From Myxococcota bacterium (lineage in GTDB: Bacteria > Myxococcota_A > UBA796 > CAJQPC01): a DNA stretch of 47,427 bases. The notes under the pieces are model-generated. The model was not told the origin of the DNA. It saw nothing but the letters and a program-made list of their open reading frames with translations, and made no database searches. The position numbers and the translations under genes are program-made. This document shows positions 8,148-18,293 of the stretch, piece after piece. Position 1 is the first letter of the stretch; each line of letters begins with the position of its first letter. The stretch is from contig JAZAMN010000063.1 in assembly GCA_036229005.1 (NCBI GenBank), positions 1 to 47,427 of the forward strand, given 5' to 3'.

Positions 8148-9023
8148 TCAGCGGAGGGGGATGGCGGCGAGCTCCTGGGCGAGCGCCCGGAGCTGGGCGG
8201 CGCGGTGGTGGCCCTTGCGCCAGACCAAGCGGAAGTGGTCGGAGCGCAGCGTGAGCTTGGGCAGAGGCTGGATGAGGCGGCCCTGGGCGAGGTCCTGACG
8301 CACGAAGTACTCGGGGAGGACGGCCAGCCCCCCGCTGGCGAGCAGGCGGGCGCGAACGGCGCCGATGGTGCCCAGGATGCGGGTGCGCGAGAAGTCCCAG
8401 TCGGCGGCGGCGGGGTGGGCGTCGAGCAGGTAGCGCCACAAGGGGAGGTCGGAGGCGGTGTCCAGACGCTCCAGGCCGGGCGCGCCCAGGACGCAGCCAG
8501 GGCAGGTGACGAGGCGGTAGTGCTCTTCGTGCAGCGGGGCGGTGTCGAGGCCGCCCTGGGAGAGGCGCACCGAGGTGATGGCGGCGTCGGCCTGGCCGAG
8601 GCTGAGGGCGCGGAGCAGGTCGGGGCTGTCGCCGAAGCCCAGGTGCAGGGTGCGCTCCGGGTGGGCGGCGTCCAGGGTGGGGAGGGCGGGGACGAGCCAG
8701 CTCAGGCCGAGCTCGTAGCGGGTGCCGAGGGTGAGCTCGAAGGGGAGGGCCTGGGCGCTGGGGTCCACGGCGGCGACGCAGGACTCCAGCGAGCGGAGGA
8801 CCTGGCGGGCGGCGGGGAGGAGGGCGCGGCCGGCCTCGGTGAGCTCGATGCGGCGGGTGGTTCGGGTGAAGAGGGGGCTGCCAAGATCGGCCTCCAAGCG
8901 CTGGATTCGCTCGGAGAAGGCGGCGGGGGAGAGGGCGACCTTGGCGGCGCTGGCGCGGAAGGTGGGGAGCTCGGCGGCGGCCAGGAAGCAGCGCAGGGAG
9001 TCGACGTCGGGGAGCTGGGGCAT
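8148..9023 (-). CDS. LysR-family transcriptional regulator
   Basis: Starts MPQLPDVDSLRCF; the HTH is followed by LEADLGSPLFTRTTRRIELTEAG and a LysR substrate-binding domain. Confidence 0.95.
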   Translation of the reverse strand: MPQLPDVDSLRCFLAAAELPTFRASAAKVALSPAAFSERIQRLEADLGSPLFTRTTRRIELTEAGRALLPAARQVLRSLESCVAAVDPSAQALPFELTLGTRYELGLSWLVPALPTLDAAHPERTLHLGFGDSPDLLRALSLGQADAAITSVRLSQGGLDTAPLHEEHYRLVTCPGCVLGAPGLERLDTASDLPLWRYLLDAHPAAADWDFSRTRILGTIGAVRARLLASGGLAVLPEYFVRQDLAQGRLIQPLPKLTLRSDHFRLVWRKGHHRAAQLRALAQELAAIPLR

Positions 9024-9033
9024 GCGTCTATTG

Positions 9034-9048
9034 TTCGGTAGAGGCGAA
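9034..9048. promoter_or_regulatory. Putative LysR binding box TTCG-N7-CGAA (T-N11-A)
   Basis: Dyad in the divergent intergenic region, 10 nt upstream of the LysR start. Confidence 0.6.
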
Positions 9049-9125
9049 GGGTTGTCTACGGAAAATACGACGCGACACCCACAGGTGGAAGCGGTCATGT
9101 TCCAATGGCCACAGAGGAGCAAGAC

Positions 9126-9572
9126 ATGCGGAAAGAGAGCTTCAACAAGGGTGTGCTGGCGGCGGCCCGCGTCGCGTGCGCCATCGCGCTGGTCGGGTCG
9201 GCGACGGCCTGCCGCAGCACGGACAAGGTGCCCACGGACAGCATGGCGAGCGTGATCGACGACACGCAGGGCCAGGACAGCGGGGACACGGGAGCCACCG
9301 ATACGGGGCCCACGGACACGGGGCCCACGGACGCGCTCGCGGAGTGCCGGGAGCAGGTGGCCGAGGTGTTCGCCGAGGCGGCACCGGCCCCCAGCCAGGA
9401 TGACCTGGACTGCTGCCAGGACATCGCGGAGTACTACGACTCGGTGGACCTGGCGGGGCTCGAGGAGTGGCAGGAGCGCAACGGCTGCTGCGAGGCGCTG
9501 GACTGGCAGGGGAGCCTGGCGTGCACGCCCTGGGGACCGCCCTGTCCGCCCAAGATGCGAGGTGCGGCGTGA
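9126..9572 (+). CDS. Cys-rich lipoprotein of unknown function
   Basis: GAGGAG RBS, lipobox SATAC, a DTG-repeat linker and a C-terminal CC...CC...CTPWGPPCPP. Confidence 0.8.
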   Translation: MRKESFNKGVLAAARVACAIALVGSATACRSTDKVPTDSMASVIDDTQGQDSGDTGATDTGPTDTGPTDALAECREQVAEVFAEAAPAPSQDDLDCCQDIAEYYDSVDLAGLEEWQERNGCCEALDWQGSLACTPWGPPCPPKMRGAA

Positions 9573-10336
9573 CCCTGGATCTGCGGGCCCAGGCGGCGCA
9601 GTACGAGCCGGCGCTGCCCCCGGTGGGGGACCACAACCGACCGGCGGCGCTGCACACCTGGCGGGGCCGGATGGTGAACGAGTCGGGGAGCGCGGCGGTG
9701 TTCGAGGGGCTGGCGGAGCAGTTCCGGGCGCTGGAGATGCCGGCGGAGGCGCGCACGTGCCTGGAGTTCGCGGCGGAGGAGCGGCACCACGGTGTCCTCT
9801 GCGGGGCCGTGGTGCAGGCGCTGGGTGGAGAGGCCACGGCCGCCGGGAGGGTGAACCCGGACTACCCGCTGCACCCCGAAGTCGCTCCTCTGGAGGCGCT
9901 GGTGCGGAACCTGCTGCACATAAGCTGCCTGTCGGAGACCATCGCGGTCGCGCTGATCGGGGCCGAGCGGGAGGAGATGCCGGAGGGCGCGCTGCGGGCG
10001 CTGCTGACGCGCATCTGGGCGGACGAGTGCGGACACGCCAACTTTGGCTGGCGCACGCTGCCCAAGCTGCTGGCGCTGGACCCGACGCTGGCGGGCCGGA
10101 TGGGGCCCTGGCTGCAGGTGGCGTTCGCGGACGTGGAGCGCCACGAGCTGGAACACCTGCCTTCGTCAGATGCCAGTCCAGACGCCGAAGGTGCGGCGCT
10201 CGGGCTGTGCAGCGGACCCCACGCGCGCGGCATCCTGTACGCGACGCTGGAGCAGGTGGTCGTGCCGGCGCTGGAGGCGCAGGGGATGCCGGCGCGGCAG
10301 GCCTGGGAGAGGCGGAGCGAGGCGGCGCTGGGATAA
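9569..10336 (+). CDS. Ferritin-like (di-iron carboxylate) protein
   Basis: GTGA overlap with the upstream gene. E...EERHH and E...DECGH provide paired (D/E)ExxH motifs. Confidence 0.85.
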   Translation: MTLDLRAQAAQYEPALPPVGDHNRPAALHTWRGRMVNESGSAAVFEGLAEQFRALEMPAEARTCLEFAAEERHHGVLCGAVVQALGGEATAAGRVNPDYPLHPEVAPLEALVRNLLHISCLSETIAVALIGAEREEMPEGALRALLTRIWADECGHANFGWRTLPKLLALDPTLAGRMGPWLQVAFADVERHELEHLPSSDASPDAEGAALGLCSGPHARGILYATLEQVVVPALEAQGMPARQAWERRSEAALG

Positions 10337-10346
10337 GGAACCGGGC

Positions 10347-11375
10347 ATGAACACGCTCGTCTTCCTGTCCGCCCTGCTGTCCTCCTGCGCCCTGTCCCGG
10401 GCCGAGCCCCCGGAGGCGGTGGAGGCGGCGCCCCCCAGCCAGGAGGGGGTCTACGACGCGCGGCTCAGCGGCGTGGCCTACCCCTTCCCGGTCAAGACCT
10501 ACGCGGTGAAGAGCCAGGGCCAGGACCTGGAGATGGTCTACATGGACCTGGAGCCGGCGCAGCCCAACGGGGAGGCGGTGGTGCTGCTGCACGGCAAGAA
10601 CTTCTCCGGGGCCTACTGGGAGCGCACCGCGCGGGCGCTGGTCGACGCGGGCTACCGGGTGGTGATCCCGGACCAGATCGGGTTCGGGAAGTCCTCCAAG
10701 CCGGTGGCCTACCAGTACAGCCTGGCGAACATGGCCTTCCTGACCCATGGGCTCCTGTGGGAGGAGCTGGGCCTGGAGCGCGTGGCGGTGGTGGGGCACT
10801 CGATGGGCGGGATGGTCGCCACCCGCTTCGCGCTGATGTACCCGGTGCAGACCACGGAGCTGGTGCTGGTCAACCCCATCGGGCTGGAGGACTGGTCGCA
10901 GGTGGTGCCGTATCAGCCGGTGGACGTCTGGTACGCAAACGAGCTGGGCAAGACGCCGGAGAAGGTGCAGGCGTACATGCAGGCCAGCTATTTTGACGGG
11001 AACTGGGAGCCGGCCTACGACGCGCTGGCCCAGCTCCAGATGCGCTGGACGGAGAGCCCCGACCGCGAGCAGCTCGCGATGGTGTCGGCGCTGACCTACG
11101 ACATGGTGTTCACGCAGCCGGTGGTGCAGGACTTCCCGCGTGTCCAGGCGCCGACGACGCTGATCATCGGGACCCGGGACCGCACGGCGCTGGGCAAGCC
11201 CTTTGCCCCGGCCGAGGTGCGGGAGACCATGGGCCGCTACGAGGTGCTGGGCAAGCAGACGGCCGAGGCGATCCCGGACGCGGAGCTGGTGGAGCTGGAG
11301 GGGATCGGGCACATCCCGCAGGTGGAGGCCTGGGATGCGTACATTCAGGCGCTGATGGGGGCGCTGGAGGGCTGA
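10347..11375 (+). CDS. Exported alpha/beta hydrolase (probable lipoprotein)
   Basis: LLHGKN, DQIGFG, GHSMGG nucleophile, GHIP His motif, LSSC lipobox and AAGGA RBS. Confidence 0.92.
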   Translation: MNTLVFLSALLSSCALSRAEPPEAVEAAPPSQEGVYDARLSGVAYPFPVKTYAVKSQGQDLEMVYMDLEPAQPNGEAVVLLHGKNFSGAYWERTARALVDAGYRVVIPDQIGFGKSSKPVAYQYSLANMAFLTHGLLWEELGLERVAVVGHSMGGMVATRFALMYPVQTTELVLVNPIGLEDWSQVVPYQPVDVWYANELGKTPEKVQAYMQASYFDGNWEPAYDALAQLQMRWTESPDREQLAMVSALTYDMVFTQPVVQDFPRVQAPTTLIIGTRDRTALGKPFAPAEVRETMGRYEVLGKQTAEAIPDAELVELEGIGHIPQVEAWDAYIQALMGALEG

Positions 11376-11390
11376 GGCGCTTGTAGAAGC

Positions 11391-12893
<1,503 letters not shown>

Positions 12894-12933
12894 GGGCCTC
12901 AGGGTATCCCGGTGACCGTGCTAGCATCCACGG

Positions 12934-13812
12934 ATGCACACACCTCCTCCTTCTCCTTTCCTGGTCCCCTTTGACGGCAGCTTCCGGATCGCGGACGCGG
13001 CCACCGCCCTGCCGGAGGACCACCCGGCCACCAGAAAGCGCGGCAAGCAGCTCGACGCCGCCATCGAAGAGCTCGCTGAGCTCCAGCACCGCTTCCACGC
13101 GGATGGCTCCCGGGCGCTGCTGCTGGTGTTCCAGGCGATGGACGCGGCGGGCAAGGACAGCACGATTCGGCGGGTGTTCTCGGGGGTGAACCCGGCGGGC
13201 TTCCGGGTGCATGGCTTCGGCGCGCCCTCGAGCCTGGAGCGCAGCCACGACTTCCTGTGGCGCCTGCAGACCCGCCTCCCGGAGCGCGGCCGCATCGGCA
13301 TCTTCAACCGCTCCCACTACGAGGAGGTGCTGGTCGTGCGCCTGAACCCGGGCTTTTTGGCGGGGCAGGGGCTGGACCCCAGCGGGGATCTGGACGCCCT
13401 GTGGGCCCAGCGCTTCGAGTCCATCCGGGGCTGGGAGAAGCACCTGGCCACGCACCGCACGACGGTGGTGAAGTTCTTCCTGCATGTGTCCAAGGAGCAG
13501 CAGCGGCTGCGTTTTCTGGATCGGCTGGATGACCCCGAGAAGAACTTCAAGTTCAACCCCGATGATCTCAAGGTGCGCGCGCGCTGGGATGAGTACATGG
13601 GCGCCTACGAGGACGCGCTGAATGCGACCTCGCGGCCCTGGGCTCCTTGGTACTGCATCCCGGCGGACGACAAGAAGGCGATGCGCGTGATCGTCGCGCA
13701 GCTCCTGGTACAGACCTTGCGCAGCCTGGACCCACAAAATCCGACTCTGGGGCCAGAGGATCTGGCCCAGTTGGATACGTGGAAGTCACAACTGGAGGCA
13801 GACAATGGCTGA
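12934..13812 (+). CDS. ppk2: Polyphosphate kinase 2 family protein (single domain)
   Basis: FQAMDAAGKD Walker A, FNRSHYEEVL and APWY.IPAD.K motifs. Confidence 0.95.
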   Translation: MHTPPPSPFLVPFDGSFRIADAATALPEDHPATRKRGKQLDAAIEELAELQHRFHADGSRALLLVFQAMDAAGKDSTIRRVFSGVNPAGFRVHGFGAPSSLERSHDFLWRLQTRLPERGRIGIFNRSHYEEVLVVRLNPGFLAGQGLDPSGDLDALWAQRFESIRGWEKHLATHRTTVVKFFLHVSKEQQRLRFLDRLDDPEKNFKFNPDDLKVRARWDEYMGAYEDALNATSRPWAPWYCIPADDKKAMRVIVAQLLVQTLRSLDPQNPTLGPEDLAQLDTWKSQLEADNG

Positions 13813-15880
13813 GACGGCACCCGCCCCCGTGGACCTGCAGGACCCGGCGCTCTACCTGAACCGCGAGCTCTCCTTTTTGGAGTTCAACCGCCGCGTGAAG
13901 GCCATGGCGGAGACCTCCACGACCCCGCTGCTGGAGCGCCTGCGCTTCCTGACCATCGTCAGCTCCAACCTGGACGAGTTCTTCGAGGTGCGGGTGGGCC
14001 TGCTCAAGCAGCGCATCGCCCTGGGGCTGGCGCTACAGGGGGCCGACGCCACGCCGCCGCGGGAGCTGCACCAGGCCATCAAGGCCAAGGTGGAGTCCAT
14101 CGTCACGCGCCAGTACGCGCTGCTCAACGACCAGATCCTGCCCGACCTGGAGAAGGAGGGGATCCGCCTGCTGCGCCGCTCGCGCTGGACCGACAAGCAG
14201 AAGGCCTGGATCCGCGAGTACTTCGAGAGCCAGGCGCTGCCGGTGCTGACCCCGGTGGGGCTGGACCCCGCGCACCCCTTCCCGGTGGTGCAGAACAAGG
14301 GCCTGAACTTCCTGCTGACCCTCAAGGGCGAGGATGCGTTCGACCGGGACGCGGACATCGCCATCCTGCAGGTGCCGCGCTGCCTGCCGCGGGTGATTCA
14401 GCTCCCCGAGGAGCTGGGCGGGGCCGAGGACTTCACCCTGATCTCCTCGGTGATCCACGCCAACGTGGAGCGGCTGTTTCCGGGGATGGAGGTCACCGGC
14501 TGCTACCAATTCCGCGTGACCCGAGACTCCAACATGTGGGTGGACGAAGAGGAGGTCGAGGACCTGCTGGCCGCCCTCAAGGGAGAGCTGCACGGGCGCA
14601 ACTACGGCCACTGTGTGCGGCTGGAGGTCGCGCAGGGCACGCCGGAGCCGGTGGTCGACTTCTTGCTGCGCCACCACTCGTTGACCCGGCGGGATCTGTA
14701 TGTGGTCAACGGACCGGTGAACCTGCACCGCCTGGGCGCGCTGGTCAACCACAGCCACAAGGACGGCCTCAAGCACCCGCCATTCACGCCAGGGTTGCCC
14801 CAAAGCCTTGGGCCAAAGCAGGACTTGATGGCGACCCTCCGTTCGCGGGATGTGCTGCTCTACCACCCCTACCAGTCCTACAACCCGGTGGTGGACCTGC
14901 TGGAGCGCGCCGCCAGCGACCCCGAGGTGCTGGCCATCAAGATGACTCTGTATCGGGTCGGCAAGGCCTCCCGCATCACCGAGGCGCTGCTCCAGGCCGC
15001 CCGCGCCGGGAAGGACGTGACGGTGGTGGTGGAGCTGCGCGCGCGCTTTGACGAGGCGGAGAACATCTCGCTGGCCACGCGCCTGGCGGAGGCTGGCGCG
15101 AACGTGGTCTACGGCGTCGTGGGCTACAAGTGCCACGCCAAGATCCTGCTCATCGTGCGCCGGGAGTCCGGCAAGCTGCGCCGCTACGTGCACGTTGGGA
15201 CGGGCAACTACCACGTGGGCAACGCGCGCCTGTACACGGACTACAGCCTGATGTCCACGGACCCCAAGCTGGGCCAGGACGTGCACCGGGTGTTCATGGG
15301 GCTCACCGGCCTGGGCAAGGTCCGGCCGATGAACCACCTGCTGCACTCGCCCTTCACGCTGCGGAGCCGGGTGGTGGAGCTGATCGATGCGGAGACCGCC
15401 GCCGCCAAGGCCGGCAAGAAGGCCTGGATCCGCGCCAAGATGAACTCCCTGACCGAGCCGACGGTGATGGAGGCGCTCTACCGGGCGAGCCAGGCCGGCG
15501 TGAAGGTCGACCTGATCGTTCGCGGCATCTGCTGCCTGCGTCCGGGCGTGCCGGGGGTCTCCGAGAACATCCGGGTGCGCAGCATCGTGGGCCGCTTCCT
15601 GGAGCACGACCGGGTCTACGCCTTCCACGCGGGCGGCAAGACCAAGGTCTACATCGCCAGCGCCGACTGGATGGACCGCAACCTTTGGCGTCGGGTGGAG
15701 GTCGCCGCACCGGTGCTGGACCCCGAGGGCCGCAACCGCATCCTGGCCAACCTGCAGCGCTTCATGGACGACGACGTGCTGGGCTGGACCCTGTCCTCGG
15801 ACGGGGAGTACAGCCGCGTGGAGCCCGCGGGCAGCCTGTCCTCGCAGGCGCTATTGCTTGCCGAGCACGAGAGCCGGTAG
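13805..15880 (+). CDS. ppk1: Polyphosphate kinase 1
   Basis: NRELSFLEFN, SNLDEFFEVR, HPFP, YHPY, ARFDE, GRFLEH and SADWM.RN motifs. Confidence 0.97.
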   Translation: MAETAPAPVDLQDPALYLNRELSFLEFNRRVKAMAETSTTPLLERLRFLTIVSSNLDEFFEVRVGLLKQRIALGLALQGADATPPRELHQAIKAKVESIVTRQYALLNDQILPDLEKEGIRLLRRSRWTDKQKAWIREYFESQALPVLTPVGLDPAHPFPVVQNKGLNFLLTLKGEDAFDRDADIAILQVPRCLPRVIQLPEELGGAEDFTLISSVIHANVERLFPGMEVTGCYQFRVTRDSNMWVDEEEVEDLLAALKGELHGRNYGHCVRLEVAQGTPEPVVDFLLRHHSLTRRDLYVVNGPVNLHRLGALVNHSHKDGLKHPPFTPGLPQSLGPKQDLMATLRSRDVLLYHPYQSYNPVVDLLERAASDPEVLAIKMTLYRVGKASRITEALLQAARAGKDVTVVVELRARFDEAENISLATRLAEAGANVVYGVVGYKCHAKILLIVRRESGKLRRYVHVGTGNYHVGNARLYTDYSLMSTDPKLGQDVHRVFMGLTGLGKVRPMNHLLHSPFTLRSRVVELIDAETAAAKAGKKAWIRAKMNSLTEPTVMEALYRASQAGVKVDLIVRGICCLRPGVPGVSENIRVRSIVGRFLEHDRVYAFHAGGKTKVYIASADWMDRNLWRRVEVAAPVLDPEGRNRILANLQRFMDDDVLGWTLSSDGEYSRVEPAGSLSSQALLLAEHESR

Positions 15881-15929
15881 GCTGCGGGGCCCGGAGAGGT
15901 GGGCTGCGGGGTGTTCAGCGCCCCTTGGC

Positions 15930-17423
15930 CTACCCAAAGACCAGAGAGAGCCCCGCCGCACCCTGACGCTTGCGTTCGTGCGCGAGGCCATCTCGGCTCA
16001 TGGCGCGGTGCTCCAGGAAGCCCTCGGGGAAGGCCAGGGTCATCGTCTCGCCCTTGACGCGGACCTTGGGCACGGGGAGCGGCTTGGGGGAGCGGCGGCG
16101 GTGCAGGAGCACGCTCAGGCGCAGGATGCGCACGCAGGCCAGCAGGCGGGGCTGGTGTTCGCGCAGGCCGTCCATTGGGGGGCTCTTGAGCTTGCCGCGC
16201 TGCAACCGAACCAGCAGGGCCAGGGCGTGGCGGTCCTGCAGGGAGAAGCCGGGGAGCTCTCCGCTCTCCAGGATGTAGGCGCCGTGACGCTGGTAGCCGG
16301 AGAAGGAGATGAACTGCCCGACCTCGTGGAGCAGGGCGGCCCACCGCAGCAGGCGACGCTGGCGCGGCCGCAGATCCAGGCTGGACTGGAGCTGGTCGAA
16401 GACGGCCAGAGACCACTGGGCGACGCGGGCGGCCTGGGCGGTGTCCACCTGCAGGCGCTCCATCAGGTGCTGGACGCTGGCCTCGCGCAGATCGTGCCCG
16501 TAGAGGCGCCCCAGGAGGTCCTGCAGCAGGCCCTCGCGCAGGGCGGTGGGGGAGGCCACCATGTGCTCGATGGGGAGCTCGGCGAACACGGCGGAGAGGA
16601 TGGCCAGGCCGCCGGGGAGCACCTGGGCGCGCTCGGGGCTGAGGCCCTGGAGCTGCAGCGCCTCGACGTGGCCGGCGCTGATCAGCTCCTGGCGCAGCTT
16701 CTTGAGGGCCGGGCGGGTGATGCCCCCAGGGGAGATGCCCTCCTGGAGCAGGATCCGCTCGATGGCCTTGATGGTGCCGGAGCTGCCCAGGGCGTGGTCC
16801 CAACCGATGGCGCGGAAGTCCCGGGAGACGCGGCCCAGGAGCTGGCTGGCGTGGCCCATGGCCTCCTTGAAGCCCTTCTGGGTGATGCGCCCGTCCGCGA
16901 AGAACTTGCGGGACCAGCTCACGCAGCCCATGTGCAGGCTGCGGCCGAGCCCGGGGGTGGGGCCGTTGCCGGTGATCACCTCGGTGGAGCCGCCGCCGAT
17001 GTCCACGACCACGCGCCGGTCGGCCTGGGGCGGGTCCACGGACTGGTCGACGCCCTGGTAGACCAGGCGGGCCTCCTCCTGGCCGGAGACGATCTCGATG
17101 CTGTGCCCCAGGGCCAGCCGGGCCTTGCGCAGGAAGTCCTCGCCGTTGCGGGCCCGGCGGAAGGTGTCGGTGCCGACGGCGCGGACCTGCGTGTGGGGGA
17201 TCTCGGCGATGCGCTCGCCGAAGCGGGCCAGACAGGCCAGGGCGCGGGCCTCGGCCTCCAGGCTGATGCGCTTGTCTTCGAGCCCCCCGGCGATGCGGAC
17301 GCGCTCTTTCATGCGGTCCAGGACGCGCAGGCGCTGCTGCTCGTCGATCTGGGCCACCACCATGTGAAAGGAGTTGCTGCCCAGGTCGATGGCGGCGACC
17401 TGGGATCCGACCGCTGCGCTCAT
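15930..17423 (-). CDS. ppx: Ppx/GppA exopolyphosphatase
   Basis: AAIDLGSNSFH, GQEEARL, DIGGGSTE, ALREG and a C-terminal LLHEVG. The start MSAAV at 17423 overlaps the sixA stop. Confidence 0.95.
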   Translation of the reverse strand: MSAAVGSQVAAIDLGSNSFHMVVAQIDEQQRLRVLDRMKERVRIAGGLEDKRISLEAEARALACLARFGERIAEIPHTQVRAVGTDTFRRARNGEDFLRKARLALGHSIEIVSGQEEARLVYQGVDQSVDPPQADRRVVVDIGGGSTEVITGNGPTPGLGRSLHMGCVSWSRKFFADGRITQKGFKEAMGHASQLLGRVSRDFRAIGWDHALGSSGTIKAIERILLQEGISPGGITRPALKKLRQELISAGHVEALQLQGLSPERAQVLPGGLAILSAVFAELPIEHMVASPTALREGLLQDLLGRLYGHDLREASVQHLMERLQVDTAQAARVAQWSLAVFDQLQSSLDLRPRQRRLLRWAALLHEVGQFISFSGYQRHGAYILESGELPGFSLQDRHALALLVRLQRGKLKSPPMDGLREHQPRLLACVRILRLSVLLHRRRSPKPLPVPKVRVKGETMTLAFPEGFLEHRAMSRDGLAHERKRQGAAGLSLVFG

Positions 17424-17917
17424 GCGACCGATCGGTCCTTGAGCTCCTTGGGCCGGACGAACTCCTGCAGGGTCCAGGGCCCCGCCAAGGCGCTCTTCCA
17501 GTCGCTGGCCTGGCTCTCCAGGAGCGCGGCGTTGCAGGTGGTCATCCGGTGGAACTCGCCGCTCAGATGCGCGGCCAGGTTCTCCATCCCCGGGTTGTGC
17601 CCCAGCACCAGCAGCGTGCTGGCGTCCTGGTGGCCGCCGGCGATCTCCGCGAGCAGGGTCTGCACGCTGGCCAGGTACAGGTTGGGGGTGAACTCGGCGG
17701 GGAGGTGCCCGAACACGGGGATCATCCCGGCCCAGGTCTCGCGCGTGCGCTCCGCGTTGGAGCTGAGCACCCGGTCCGGAGACCAGCCCAGCTCGGCCAG
17801 CGCCTGGGCGACGCGGGGGGCGTCCCGGTGGCCTCGGGAGGTCAAGGGGCGCTCGTGGTCGCTGAGGCCGGCGTCCCCGTGGGAGGACTTGGCGTGTCGG
17901 AGGAGGATCAATCGCAC
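17420..17917 (-). CDS. sixA: SixA-like histidine phosphatase
   Basis: RHAKS, DHERPL, R.RET and GHNP motifs. Confidence 0.9.
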   Translation of the reverse strand: MRLILLRHAKSSHGDAGLSDHERPLTSRGHRDAPRVAQALAELGWSPDRVLSSNAERTRETWAGMIPVFGHLPAEFTPNLYLASVQTLLAEIAGGHQDASTLLVLGHNPGMENLAAHLSGEFHRMTTCNAALLESQASDWKSALAGPWTLQEFVRPKELKDRSVA

Positions 17918-17998
17918 CTCCAGACCTTATCCGGGAGTGCAAAGGCTGTCGCGGGGGATGCGTCAATCGCGTTAGCAGAGCCGCCCAGGAGACTTCAC

Positions 17999-18202
17999 AT
18001 GTCCGACACCGAGAACGAGAAGACCGAGACTTCCTCCGCTGAATCCGCCGAGGCCAAGAAGGAGGGGGCCACCAGCTTCCCCAGCCCGATCCCGGCCCTG
18101 GTCAAGCAGAGCGACCGCGCAGCCCGCCCCGGCTTCCGAAGCCCCGCCAACAACAAGACCAAGGCCCAGAAGAAGCAGCGGAAGGGCAAGAAGAGGCGCT
18201 GA
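17999..18202 (+). CDS. Small protein (67 aa) with acidic N-terminus and Lys/Arg-rich C-terminus
   Basis: AGGAGA RBS, host-like codon usage, ending KAQKKQRKGKKRR. Confidence 0.75.
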   Translation: MSDTENEKTETSSAESAEAKKEGATSFPSPIPALVKQSDRAARPGFRSPANNKTKAQKKQRKGKKRR

Positions 18203-18227
18203 GGCGCTCTCCAGCCCCGACCCAACC

Positions 18228-18268
18228 AAAACAGGCCCCCGCAGTGTCCAGCACTGACGGGGGCCTGT
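18228..18268 (-). terminator. Intrinsic terminator hairpin between convergent genes (possibly bidirectional)
   Basis: Stem acaggcccccgcagtg / cactgacgggggcctgt, with a short T-run after it on the minus strand. Confidence 0.7.
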
Positions 18269-18293
18269 CTGCATCGGCGAGGACCGACTGGCG

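Noticed and set aside
8148..11312. 1054-aa minus-strand ORF as one protein
   Set aside because: Only the last ~291 aa (from 9023) are LysR; the rest is antisense to three real genes.
15930..17966. 678-aa extended Ppx
   Set aside because: The N-terminal extension overlaps sixA out of frame; the real start is at 17423.
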